Assembly (NCBI GenBank): GCA_973895155.1
Contig: OZ316898.1
Span: 4,526,480-4,590,479, forward strand
Source of the DNA: Marsupella aquatica
Taxonomy: Eukaryota > Plantae > Marchantiophyta
DNA: 64,000 bases
Direction of reading: 5' to 3'
This document shows, one piece after another, positions 1 to 12,642 of the stretch. The first letter of the stretch is position 1. Each line of letters starts with the position of its first letter. Made by a program: the position numbers and the translations under genes. A model generated the notes under the pieces. That model was given only the letters and a program-made list of their open reading frames with translations, did not search any database and had not been told where the DNA came from.

Positions 1-613
1 CTTATTTCCTCTAGGCTTCGGAAGGAAAATTGAGCACAAACTTCACATCGATAAGAGTTAGCCGCCAGCCTGATTCCCGGTTTTCCTTCCTGCGGCAGCA
101 ATTGAATTATTCCCTTCGAACGGTACCACGAGAGAGATAAAAGAATCATTGACAGGTTGTGCGCATCCGTCAAGGGCGAAGAGTCCCCTTTGAACTGCAC
201 GACAAAGTGTGAGATATCAATCTGCCCGGCTAGCTAGGCACCCACTGCTGCCTCGGACCTGCATCTGTGATCCTGATCCTCGACCTTTTAACGAAGAGCA
301 TTTATTCGCCAAGTCAGCGACGTTATTAGATCATCCAGACATTTGATATACAGGGATATTGGGAGGCCGAGCTTTCTCGATTGTATTCACGAGCCAATGC
401 AAACGGCAACTCCCTCCCTCTACTACATCTTCAACTCATCGGAGGCATCGGGTTTCCCGTACAACCTCCGGTGTGCTATTAGCTAGTCCTGCAGGCAATG
501 GCATAGTAGAGACGATATTCTCCGGAATTCCATTTAGTGCAAATGTGGCCGAGGTTATGTACATTGATAGCTACAGTAAGAAATTAATGACAGAAGTGCA
601 TTAATGAAGGCTT

Positions 614-2188
614 TCATGAAAGTTTTCTTTTCAGCTTCCGTTTCATCTCCCTAACTCTAGAGAGAACATTCTGTACGCTGATCTCGAAGGCATCGACGAA
701 TTCCCCATTCTCCCTGGCATAAACCAGCTTAGGTATAATGGACACCACCGCTTCCCTCATTCTCAAAATCTGCTCAGCAGACATGGACGTCAAAACATCC
801 TCCACGACCAATCCGTCACGAATTTCCTGCTCCGACACGAACACCGAGTAAGACCGGGGGTCCTCCGGAAGATGCCAGGAGTACTGTGAGTAGGCCGAAT
901 CCTTGTGAAAGAATACCGGCACGCATCCAGCGATCATGGAGTCGAAGGCGGATCGGCGAGTAGGAGTGTCTCCCCTTGGCTGCAGACAGAAAGATGAATG
1001 AAGGAATGTTTTCATGATTGGCTCCGGGTTGTGGCTGCACTTGAGCACGGAGCAGTTTATGAGTGTACAGTTAGGCGAGTTCGAGCATTGGTCGAGGAGA
1101 TAGTTCCTGATGCTCCGAGGAATGTTCGACCTGGACGCACCGGCGAAGGAGAAGAGGGAGCTCCTGTCAGCATTCCTTACTCGGACCAGCCAGTCCCTTA
1201 ACTCTGATGCAGACGGGTGGAAGGAGGTGAGGTAAGGAATGGCCTGTTCGTGCTTCATCCACGGCTTCCTCTCCATTATGAGAGCTGTGAGGTTCCTCAT
1301 GTGCGGCACCATCTGGAACAATCCTGTTCCCCACAGAGTATGCGATCCATTGCCTAGCAGATAGAAATCCCATGATGTCCGGGCCAGTACGAGGAAATGA
1401 TCCTTGCCCGAGAACCTCTCCCACTCACGTTGCGCATTCTCTTTGATCCACGCGGCCAAGCTCTCTCCATGTGAATACTTCTGAACGCTGCTGTTATACA
1501 AATATTTCAGGGCATCCACGCCGGTGTAGTAGGGAAGATACAATGCATCCGCTCTCGAGGAATCATTCGTCAAACAAGAGTACTTTTGCATCCTCGCATG
1601 AAACACAAGCTCCAGCATGTAGGGATCAGTCTTGTACCAGCCAGATCCCAGGCCTTCGTAATCGCTCATCCCCCAGCTCGGATGGTTCTGCTGAAGGCCT
1701 AGTGATGGTGGCAACGATGGTGCAGCAACAGGGAAAGGAGCATCGCTCTGGTTGTCTCGTGTGAGGGAGGAAAGATAGCGTTGCCCTAGTCCGCTGTTTT
1801 CAGCATGGGGGCAGAAATTTAGCCAGCTGGTGAGACCATACCTGCACTTTCCTATGAGCTCGGTGTTGAACTCGGGAGGGAGGTTGTACATGAAAATCCG
1901 TCGCCCTTCGCACGGGTCTTCGGGGCCTCCCGTGAGATCCAGCTTGACAGTGCCGGCGGGTGCAGCATCGTCATCGTGATGCTTGGTGATGGGCTGAGAC
2001 AGTGTTCTTTGAGTTCTTGCTTGCACTTCGACGCTGGTCCAGCAAGAGAGGAAGACGACGATGCCAACGAGACAGAAATACACGTACGCGTGTATAGGCG
2101 GCATCTTCCTCAACCTCGCCAACCAGAGGTCGACGAGCGCAAACAGCACCTTGGAAACTCGTCTCTTCTCGATGGATTTATCCAACAT
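614..2188 (-). CDS. Exostosin-family (GT47) glycosyltransferase, xyloglucan galactosyltransferase MUR3/KAM1/XLT2-like
   Basis: Intronless 524-aa ORF with an N-terminal TM anchor and GT47 motifs CEGRRIFMYNLPPEFN, WYKTDPYMLELVFHARM, GKDHFLVLARTSWDF, FCLQPRGDTPTRRSAFDSMIAGCVPVFF. Confidence 0.93.
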   Translation of the reverse strand: MLDKSIEKRRVSKVLFALVDLWLARLRKMPPIHAYVYFCLVGIVVFLSCWTSVEVQARTQRTLSQPITKHHDDDAAPAGTVKLDLTGGPEDPCEGRRIFMYNLPPEFNTELIGKCRYGLTSWLNFCPHAENSGLGQRYLSSLTRDNQSDAPFPVAAPSLPPSLGLQQNHPSWGMSDYEGLGSGWYKTDPYMLELVFHARMQKYSCLTNDSSRADALYLPYYTGVDALKYLYNSSVQKYSHGESLAAWIKENAQREWERFSGKDHFLVLARTSWDFYLLGNGSHTLWGTGLFQMVPHMRNLTALIMERKPWMKHEQAIPYLTSFHPSASELRDWLVRVRNADRSSLFSFAGASRSNIPRSIRNYLLDQCSNSPNCTLINCSVLKCSHNPEPIMKTFLHSSFCLQPRGDTPTRRSAFDSMIAGCVPVFFHKDSAYSQYSWHLPEDPRSYSVFVSEQEIRDGLVVEDVLTSMSAEQILRMREAVVSIIPKLVYARENGEFVDAFEISVQNVLSRVREMKRKLKRKLS

Positions 2189-5100
2189 GGAGCTCTCTCC
2201 ATTGATCGCTCGACCTCAGGCTGCAGTCTCCACCCCCCATGCAGCTGAACTGTCCATTTCTATCTCGCGAGACTAGCCACATATGCAACGTACTGCACCG
2301 GAGCCTTGGAATGCAATAACGCGAATGCAATTAACAAGAAGAAATTGATATGACCTCTGGACGAATACAAAGTTAATTACATACGGGACACCGACACGCA
2401 TATGCTGTGACCTGAATTGCTGTTCCTTCTACTTCAAAGATAGCTCCTCACTGTTATCGAGTTGGAAAAGAGCTGATAATCAAACCTCCCTCCCACCCTG
2501 AGACACAACCGGATCGATTGAGCACTTGGTGACAATGTTGGTCATGACCCGCATGAATTCTCCGCAGCTGCAAATCTTTCTCGTCTCTCAGAAATGTCAA
2601 AACCTTCGTCCGTGTGGAAGTTTCCTCTCTCTCCGAAGTTGACGTCCACAACTCTCCCGTCTTACTACCTACGTATCCTGCCTGTGCGATTGCGATGGGA
2701 TCGTGTCTCCCGGTTGGGAGCCGTTTGTTTCTTCGCAGTGTGATTATATTTTAGGCGCAACCTACTGTGCTGTGCTTTGTACTCTATGCAGGCGCACTCG
2801 GCAACAATCCTCGATAACAAATAAGTCTAAATTCTCGTCATTAATCTTGTCCACCGCGGGAGTCTTTCTTTCTAGCTCTGCTTCTGCGTGGCAAGCCCAA
2901 TCAACTGTGTACTTTCACGTCGAAATGCTAGTCCTCCTTCACTCCCTGCGGACCCTGCCTAAGATTGCTAAGGTGCCACACGAGCCTCAATCCTCTTCCT
3001 CGCCCTTGACGCCGCCCCTGGAAGTCTCTGAAGCTCAAAGGAACACATTTGGTTCGTACCCAGCTAGCTCGCTCGCTAGCACCTATAGCTCCAGCAGCTA
3101 CTTCCACAGACGAGTATGCTCAATCGCCAGAGTCCAGCAGGCTCAAACTCTCATTCAAGAATAAGTGGCTAGTCCAATCGTAGCATGGCTGTGAGGAATT
3201 GAGGCCGAATTCTCTACTAAACTGCAGGTCTTTCTCCCGCCCTGCTTCCGTGCACTAATCACTTCACGTCAATCTGTTCTTCGGAAGTTACCCACCCATC
3301 ACCCTCGACGCAGCTCACACGACCAATGTTCTGCACCCCACCTCCCGACTTAATTTCTGAAAGAGGCTCTCGAACTCCCATTGATCGGGTCTGAGCGAGA
3401 CGACCACCAGTCCACCACTATCAGGTAGTTCCGTGTAGCTATAGGGAGGGGTGCTGTACACCCTTTCCGCGCCGGACGCAAATTGATGACCCGTGCTTGA
3501 ACCCAACCAACGCAGGGATGTAAAAGCTACGTAGGCAACGACACCTTCAATGACAGTACTGGAACGACTTTATGCCTCTCGTGCTCTGGGAGGCTCGCCA
3601 TCATTCTCTATGAAGCCCCCCGGACCACCAACCTTCACAAACCATGTACACTTGAACACTCGTTGGCGCGAACGAGCCAACGGGACCCGCACGCCTGAGC
3701 ACGGCGTTCGCGGCAGGTGAAACTCATGATCATGAGCCAGGAAATGAAAAGTTGAAAGACCAACGAACAAAGGAACAAAGAAAAGAAAGATGGGAGAAAC
3801 CGAACAAAGATGTTATTATTAATTAAATAGCCACAGATTGAAGCACGTAAAGATGAGTAGAACGATGAAGGAAAGGCAGAAACGATGAAAAATAACAAGA
3901 AAGAACGAACGAGTGAGAGAGCAGGAAAGGGAGAACAGCTTGTCCACGATTTCCAGAGCCAGATTCTCAAAGGTCCAAAGTCATCTTAATGACATCGTGA
4001 AGGGAGTAAGAAAATCAATTTTAACGACCGATGCTCATCGCAGCTATGGAAGAGGGACAAACACCATCCAAGTCGTTGCTATAGACTTCTCGTCTATTTC
4101 TATTTCTGCAAGGTTGCCAGTGGCTCCAGCAATGCACTCTACAAAGTTGAAGGCCAGGCTTTCAGTCCTTCAGAGTGACAGATGGCGAATGAGGTCTGCA
4201 GTCCGACATTCCCAAGTACTGGCCTTCAGTTCTGAGAACAATATCCAAACAACTTTTTGCAGATGACGACGACAAACGTACGACGGAAACTGTCCGTAAT
4301 CGGAGACAATCCGACATGTCCACCATCCCGTGCATGCCTCCGTACATAGGCTTCATCTTTCTAGCTGGCGGCGGATTGGCGGCCTTCCTCCTACGCGTGT
4401 GAACGATGAATTGTAATGATCTGTACGTCTTATTGATCATACGCCTGGATCAACGCGGCAGAACTTCATGTCGATCATGCATTTGGCATAGAATCTGTGT
4501 GGAATTTCTCAATGACATGATTAATGTCGAAGAAATACATTCCAGGCAAGCAATGCGGTAAATTCGGTCACCATAAATATGCAAGACAGGCATTCCCAGG
4601 GATTTCCCGGTCTTTTCTTCTCAAATTGGGACGATATCACCAACTTTGAGAACTCCCAATACTACCACGAACAAGACAGTGTTCAGGACTGAGGGCGTGT
4701 GTGCCTTAAGAATCGGGCCAGGTTTTTGAATAATTGACGACTACGTCGTTTCCCCGCTCAGGAGCGATACGGGAAATTGTGGCAAACTCCAATCCTGCTC
4801 GGGAGTCAAAGGTGGCGAGTCAGGGCACGACAATAATGTCGTCGAGGCAGGACACATCTGTTCTCTTTGGCACCTACTTGCTGCATGTAGGCAAAAGAAA
4901 AGGGACCCCCCAACTGTCCTCAAGGTGGCGAGCTAGAACGAGACCAGAGGTGGAATCGAAAAGACTCACAGCATCTTGAACTTTCTCTGTCAGGAAATAG
5001 ATGGAGCCTGGGCGACATGCTCGGCGACATGTAGTTCCACAGATGCTTCCAGGCAGAGAACGTTCAGAAATTTTGAGATGAGGAGGACCAGTTTCCAAAA

Positions 5101-7517
5101 CTTCTGATCGACGTGACTTTCCCTTGAACTCAAGAAAATTGTAGGCAGAGTTGGGACCCCGGAAACTGGTTACAAATTAACGTATAACATTCGACCAAAC
5201 ACATCAGTGATTGCCACTATGACAGCAAGTTTATGTTACAACAGTCGACAATCTAGTGACTCGATGGACTATTCCGAAGTATTCATAATTTGTCACAAAT
5301 CTCGATCCCATACTCCATAGTCCACTCAAGCGCGAAGTCGAGCTATTTGGACGTCTGCACAGTGCGTCACGTCCTCGACTGCCAAATCTTCAAACTTCCA
5401 GCAACATTTATTAAAGCAAAATAAAGCGACCGACTTAGTGAGGCATTGAGGTGATCGATGAACTGTTCCCTACAGCTAGCCTCACGACTGTAAGATTGTC
5501 CTGAGCTTTAAGTGCGACCAAGTACCAAGGGTCCAATTCTTGATCGTGCACTGAAGGATGGGAGCAAAATTATCTAGCTTGAAGTCTTCCAAGGAATGCT
5601 TTGCAACCAGCTTTGCAACCTCCTTGAGCTTCAATTCTCAATGTATATAGCTGAGACCTTCGTATGTCTCATTGCTCTCTTCAGACTCATTAATGCAATG
5701 AAAATTGTTACTTCTGGTCTACCTGCTCATGAATCGCCATTTTATTTCAAGGTGCTGCCTTGTTCATAGTGTTTGCAAGTAAGTTATCTTGATTGGAATG
5801 AACATGGGAAATCATTTGTGAAATCCATGTTGTGTAAGGTTTTTCGATTCCTTACTAGCATGAATGCTCGAGAATTGCTCGTAAAATATATGGTGAACCA
5901 TCTTGCTTCTTTCCAACTCCACCCCCAACTAACCTGTGCCCCTAAAATCAGGTTGTTCACCCTAGACCAGAGCCCCTTTATCCCTAGCTTTTGATCGCGC
6001 TGTATTAGACAGATTGTTAAACTTTTGTAAGGGAACATTCCCTGAAATTGAAGCTTGGATGGACAACCATGTTTGACACAATGGTCCAGTGTACCACATT
6101 TTGAGCTTATACCTTGATGAATATGACTCTAAGGTAATTTTTAGTTTTTCATGTGCAAGGTAGTTAGAGTAGGAGGAGACCCTAAAAAACACAAGCCCTC
6201 ATGTTTCATAATAACACAATGAAAATTAATCTAATAAATTTGACCCCTCGGCCTTCCATGATGAGTAACTCAACTAAAATGGCCAAAAATTCACTCTCAC
6301 TTTGATGGAAGTACAACTTACCTACTCCTCTAGCACATCCTCAAAACATTTTTTTGTTGGAATTTTGAGCATCAAGTTAATAGAATGAAACTCAATTTTG
6401 GGAAATGTGGTCCATGGGGTCCATGCGAGCATCATTGTCACCTGTTTATCAAACGATTTACACGACAAATATGTATTTACTCCTATTAAAATCGTTTGTT
6501 ATCGTATGACGGGAACGTGGAGGGACGCTATTAGGATTCTATTGCATGTAGGATGAGTATGTTTATTTTCGCTCCCGAAATGTAATTTTTGATCAAGTCT
6601 ACCGACTAGCCGCTCTGCTTTTGATCAAGTCCCATGGACTACACCACACGCACACTCCTACTGGTCATCGGTGGAGTGCTGTCACCACCCCTCCTACTCA
6701 CATGGTTGACCAAACCGTGCATGGATTCCTTAGACGCTTCTTGGGGAAAGAACACAATTGTGAACTAGAAAAGGTAACACCACACCAAAACTTGAGGAAT
6801 CAAACCAAATCCATATCTTTTGGCAAAACGTCTAACACATTGCAAGGGCAACTCGGCCTCCTACCGTCTGCCCAACTACTGCCTCACTGGGGCAAGTGCT
6901 ACACCTCTACCTCACTACTCTGGCTTGATTCCCTCTTCTGGCTATGAGCTAAGTACTTCCCTAAGCAAACACTAGACGCGGCCTACCCTAGCGGCGCCGC
7001 TAAACCCTTTACTAAGAAACCTCTAAACTAAAACCATGCGGCACACACATGCTTCTAAAACCCTAAACCCTAAACTAACAATGGGGCCGACAGTGCCTTT
7101 GACTGTGCCCCAACGTTACTCCGTGAACCGTGAAATTGCAAGAAACCTCACAATGGCCGAAACTAGGCGCCCTTCCATTTGCACTTCTAAGTTCACCCCT
7201 GGATAGCTCTCCTCCTCCTGAACATGAAGCACTCAACCGCTCTTGAAACGGACATTGGACGACCAAGTTATGGTCGTTTCAGTATCCCGTAAACCCAACT
7301 TCGTCGGGCCCTAACTTGCTCATCCTGGCTCCGTTTGAGGAGCGCCGCCTCTTGTTGGAATCAGTTTCGCGAGCTCTTTCCAACAAGCCCATGAGTGACC
7401 CCTCACAAAAAGGTTGGAAAGTCAAGGGGCCGTACAACCACGTCCGTACGACCACTCTAATCCTCCTCCTCTCCACTCACGGTGCCCTGACTTGAGCCCC
7501 GTGAGTGGGCCTCCTCA

Positions 7518-9307
7518 TCACTCTCCACTGGCCTCACTCCTCTTCTTCTTTACCGGGGTACTCCTTGCACTAGTGCTCCCCTACTTCCTCAAATTGGCCA
7601 AGGCCTGCCACGCCTTAATGTACCCCTCACCAATGGTGTCCTTCCATAAGGCCGCCTCTTCACCGGACCGCAACTCCAACGGTAAAACCTGCCCGGTGGC
7701 CATGGGAGTCCCAGGGGTGACAGATCGGGGTGGCATCCCCGGGGTCCCCGTGTTGACCTGAGCTTCTCATAAAGATTTACGTACCTTCCTGAGCTTCTTC
7801 TCTAAGCTCTTGCTCTTCTCTTGACTCTTCTTGGCTACATCCAATAGGGGTCCATACTTCCCACTGACTTCCCTCACCACCATCTCAATGGCCTTGGAGA
7901 TCAAATCCGGGGAAAGTGTGGAGCTAGGTGTGCAGGGGCTCTTCTGTTTCCCCAGACTCAAGGCCTCACTCCTCTTACCCCTTGTCTCAAAGGTCACCAT
8001 TTGACTCCATAGTGCTCCCACCTAGGCTCTTAACTCCACCACTTCTCCAGAATTCTGCTTCTCTTTGGCCAATGCCTGTTTCAATACTCCAACCTCTTCC
8101 GCTTCCTTGGCCTTGGTGGACAAGGCTCCCTTCAAGTTGGAGATCTCTACGTGAGCTGCTTGGAGAGTTTAACCTTCTCATGAATGGCCTCCTCCTTGGC
8201 CTTGATCACCTCCTTCATAGACAGGGCACTCTGCTCCAAAGTCTCTACTCTGGCGGTGGCTTGCTTGAGAGAATCTCTCAATGCGTGGACTAGTTTGAGT
8301 CCCTCATGGACTCCCTCCCGGAATTCCCGTAACTCTGTCAGGTAGACATCAGGAATGTCGTAGACCAGGGGCTCCTCCAGATCTCCCACAAGTGATTCAA
8401 GCCACTCCAATGTGGAGTCCTCATCCTGGTTTTCTTCCTCTCTATTATCATCCCCAACCGCCGACGATGATCCCTCCGTTAGTTTCCCCAAGATGGTAGT
8501 GGCAATACTCCTGATTTCCGTGGTAAGGGATGATCCAGAGTCTTCCTGTCCCGGGGAAACAATCCACCCTTCTGCTCTGGCCAGTAAAAATGACCCCATC
8601 AAATGTACAGCCCCACCTGGTTTCACACTCCCGGGATCCGCGTCCAATAGCTTCTTCAACCCGTAGTACCACCATCCGTACACATGGGCTGGATAGTTCT
8701 TGATGTCCATAGCTACCACGAAATGCTCTCCATTCACTACCCCGGATTGCACGTTACCAAGGACCCGTTGATGAACCTTGGCCAGAAATCCTTTGTGCTC
8801 AGCATCCTTGACGACGGAAAGAGGAATGGAAGTAGTAGAGGTGGGATTAATCACCCAACCGGCCACCATTGTCAATGTGAGCTCTCCCCTTATGTTCCGA
8901 GGTGTGAATGAGAATTGCTGGTTCTCTAGAAATAGAACCTTAGCTAACTCCATATGGGGCACTACCCGTTGGAGACATTCAAAGTAGATTTCTTCCGTAC
9001 GTAACTCCATCCCGGCCCCAATGTTCCAACTCTTCTCTGAAGGGATTGTAATCTCCACCTTCATGAACTCCGTAAGCCCAGTGGCTTGAAAAATATTCCT
9101 ACAATCCTCCATCACCTTGGCGGAGGTTTTGGGATAAATTTGACGAAAAACCTTCCTCATAACCGGTGCTGGACTTGCTGTCGGTCCAGTACTCATTGTA
9201 GCGTCTCTCTCTTCTCTCTCTCTTGCAATCAATGTCTCAACGTAGTCACGGTAAGCAACCTTGTATCTCCGAATGCGTGCCGCACTAAACTCCGGTTGAT
9301 CCAACAT
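7518..9307 (-). pseudogene. Decayed ~600-codon element-borne gene (globular N-domain, acidic linker, coiled coil, C-terminal PVKKKRS NLS-like motif)
   Basis: 386-aa ORF 8147-9307. After a frameshift near 8170 the coiled coil continues (LQAAHVEISNLKGALSTKAKEAEEV...) through TAG, TGA and TAG stops to a double TGA (7515-7520). Confidence 0.7.
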
Positions 9308-9769
9308 CCATGCCTCCAGAAATCAAATCCTCAATCACCAAATCCCGTCACTCGTAGCAATGTCAATTCCCTGGCCCGAAATGGCCCCCGTATCCCGATC
9401 AATCAATTACCCTCCTCCATTCCCTCAGAAGCCACTCCGTGCTGCTGCCGCTAATGCCCGGAAGAATCATGCCAACAAGCCCCAACAATTGACCAAGAGA
9501 AGAGCTTAAAAAAATAAGTGTAAGAGCTGGTAGAGAGCTTCCGGCATTGGGGAAATTGCTTTCGGAAATGAGTGCAGAGTGCTTCGGCCAAAAAAGGAGT
9601 TGCGCGCGCGGAGAAGGAAGCAAAGAAAAAAACAAAGGGGAGGGAATTCCCGATCCTCCCCGTGTTACCCAGAGTCCACTTCCATGCGGCTGCCACCTCA
9701 CGGCTACTCGCGGCTACCACCTCGCGGCCAGGCAGCTTCCTCCTCCTCGGTCGCAGCTGGTGGGCTCGT

Positions 9770-10320
9770 GGCCCTATGCAGGGCTCGCGGCCCTCCCCTT
9801 CTCCGTTCAGTCGCGGAGCCCTATGCAGGGCGCGCTTCATTGCCTCGGCGTGCTACGCCCCGTTTTGGGGGATTTAATTTCCCCCCTTGGCAGCCTCACT
9901 CACCGCCAGCCCCACTCGCTTTGGGGCCCGGCTCCCGGAACCCTTCCGTAGCGATCCCCTGGTATGGGGAATTAAATTCCCCCCGTCCCTTTACTCCCCC
10001 TCGGCTGCGGCCCGGCTGCCCTTTAAATGGCACGCAGCCCTATGCAGGGCTTGCGGCCCTCCCCTTCTCCGTTCACTTGCGGAGCCCTATGCAGGGCGCC
10101 TCACCCTGCCACGCAGCTATCTTGTGGCACGCGCGCCCTGCATCTTATTTTTTTTGGGGGGGGGGATTTTAACCCCTCCGGCTCGCCCCGTAGCGCCTGC
10201 TCGCCCCACTTGCGGTCTCACCTACGCCCCAGCCAAGCCTGCCACTCGCGGTGGCCCTTCAAACGGGGGATTTAATTTCCCCCTTCCTCCTCCTGCACGT
10301 GGCCCTATGCAGGGCTCGCG
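9770..10320. repeat. Array of palindromic motifs GCCCT-ATGC-AGGGC (x5) and GGGGGATTTAATTTCCCCC-like (x4)
   Basis: First motif near 9771, 9818, 10038, 10084, 10302; second near 9867, 9966, 10160, 10265; partly a ~265-bp tandem duplication. Confidence 0.85.
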
Positions 10321-12170
10321 GCAGCCTCCTCCGTGTCCAGCCCGGCTCCGGCTGCCCATTAAAAAACTTCCCCCTACTCACACTGCCGGGGTCACCTTTA
10401 CTCTTAAAAAAACTTCCTTGCTCCCGGTCCTGTTTTATTTCTTCTTCCCATCAACCTTGCTATTGAGGTCTCAAGAAAATAACAAGGAAATAATGGCCTA
10501 AGGGAAACGGGGTGTCCAATTAGACCGGCCCTAGTTTAAAGGTCCCAACATGCTTGCTTGGCGGGGAGCCTTAGGCATCCGACAATGATGGAATTAACAA
10601 AAAAACAAAAAAAGGCTTATTTACAATGGTTATTTACATGGCACAACCTAGTAAACATTATTGAGGATTTTCAGTGACGGGACCCCGTCACAATCATCTT
10701 CACCATTCCCCCCTTCATGTAAAATAGCTTTAAGTTTAGAGCTAGAAGGATTCAAACTGGCATGTGAGAGTGAATCAGCTCAAACTTCATTGACTTCTGC
10801 ACTTACAATGTTTGAGGGACTGTAGACAGCGAACATGTCATGGTCAGTCCAATTTTGGAGAATACTCTGGGAGTCTATGTTGTATGCATTAGCTAAGTGA
10901 TACACTTGTGGAGAAATTTGGCATCTCCACTACAATCAACTTGTCTAGTGCATTATGGATTTCTGCCAAACCTGGATGACTCATTTTCAGTGCAAAAATG
11001 TCCATAACTGTTTCCAAAACTCTACCCCAAACTGCATGTCTATTACATTGTACACTTATGGATGAGCACATGCTTCCTAAGTAGAGTAACAATTACACCA
11101 AGTAATAAAAGTAGAGTTCCAGAACCTTTCACACAAGCCTTAATGCCCATTCTTTGAATGATAATAGGAATGATGGCAAAAATCATCATGTATGATCATC
11201 ATTGACATATATCACATCTTTCTTCCCATCTACATAAATGTTGATTGGGCCCTAGAATCAGGGTCTAGAGGCTTCACTCTAGAAGCCAAACCCCAACTCA
11301 ACTCTAGCTTCTATGCAATATGTTGTATGCATTTGGAGAATTTTTACTAATTTCTTGTTTTGTGCTCAATCTTCCCTATGTTTAATCAATCTTCAGCATC
11401 TGTGTTCCAGAAGCTAGAATTTCATTTGAAGCCAAAGTTGACGAACACCCTTCAATCTAGAGAGATCTGACAGTCGTAAATTAATGTAAGAACACTAGAT
11501 AACCAATGTTCCTTGCATCCTCTGGTTCACACAAGGTAACATTTACCATAGAGTGAACACAAAAAATTTATTCTTTTCTGTAATTTTGTGGGTCAAATAG
11601 TATAGAATAACTGAGGTCTGGGTGGGGATTACTAGGCTGTAACCCTGCATCCGGAATTTGAGAACAAGCTGACTGGTCGCAATTTGCCAGTCAGCTAGAA
11701 CCCCTGCCCAACCTCAACTTTTACCCCTGCCCAAACCTTGGTTTAGTGCGTGGTTTTTGTCTCCAAAAAGGTTATCTCACTATGTAATTTTCAGGGCACA
11801 AGATTATGAGAATAGCATAGCAAGGAGTAAAAATGATTACCACTCGCACAATTGTCTTTAGTGTTGAAAATTTGCTAGATCCACCTCTCCCAAAAGTTTT
11901 CTCCACTTTTGGTGAAAATTTGCTAGGTTTTCTGTATCCCATTAGCCAGGTGCCCACTTAGTGACAGGCCCCATGAGCCAAAATCTAGCAGTCATTCTTA
12001 AATCTAGGGAAATCTAACCTCATTGGGAAAAATAGATAAAAGCATCTTCTCCTTCACTCTGGCGAAACAAGAAAACTTCAAAAGATTGCACCCATCACCG
12101 GTAACATTTGTTCTATACTTATTGCCCTTCGTGATTTTTCCCTCTGTATCTTTTAGGGCATTATATTATA

Positions 12171-12402
12171 CGAGCCCTATGCCAATGCTTTGCACTGTGC
12201 AAGGAGGGCAGGCCCATAGGGATTGGCCGGGGCATTAGGGGCAGCGGGAAGCAAATATGTGATAGGGGTGTATATTTCTTTCATCAATGGTCAGCAAAAA
12301 CAGCTAATCAAATCCAATGGTTATGGATCTTTCTCGCCCAGGAGCTTTTTTGTATGAGGATGAAGGACTAAAAAAGACTGGATCCCTTATTATAGTTGTA
12401 GA
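12171..12402 (-). mobile_element. Non-autonomous Helitron (~230 bp)
   Basis: Minus strand starts A|TCTACAACTATAATAAGGG and ends with a degenerate hairpin plus CTCG|T. Homologous to 29622-29848. Confidence 0.7.
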
Positions 12403-12642
12403 TGACCATAATAATGCCCTCTAAACAAGCCTTTACTCTATACAAGAGTGGAGGGCGAGTTGCCTCCGCTATGCTCTTTGCCGGGCCAATCGGACTTGCC
12501 CTAAAATGAAGAGACGAAGAATGTACATGTCATAAGAAGTTCACAGACATGCTGTTTTAGACGAGGAGACTGACGTGATGGTGGAGGAGACGATATAGTT
12601 ATGCTGAGTGGAAGGAGCTAAGGAGCTGATGCGAATGCGAAA

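Larger units (their letters stand above)
6436..10692. mobile_element. 4257-bp TG...CA insertion with 5-bp TSD; probable giant solo LTR containing a gene
   Basis: ATCAT at 6431-6435 and 10693-10697 flanks TGTCAC...GTCACA (imperfect terminal inverted repeat). Interior is more GC-rich than the flanks. No LTR pair, PBS, gag or pol seen. Confidence 0.72.

Noticed and set aside
2200-5500. Many short ORFs upstream of the GT47 gene
   Set aside because: No recognisable domains or consistent exon chain; more likely leader, intron or promoter DNA.
5700-6430. Possible decayed LINE ORF1 interrupted by the 4.26-kb element (KCGTLDH..C here; IHNALDKLIVVE at ~10950)
   Set aside because: Motif similarity is too weak and fragmented to call without a search.
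7059-7075. CCCTAAA telomere-like repeats (also ~15024 and ~54655)
   Set aside because: Only about 2 units each; at most telo-boxes, not interstitial telomeres.
9399-10501. Overlapping 100-200-aa ORFs
   Set aside because: By-products of GC-rich repeats.
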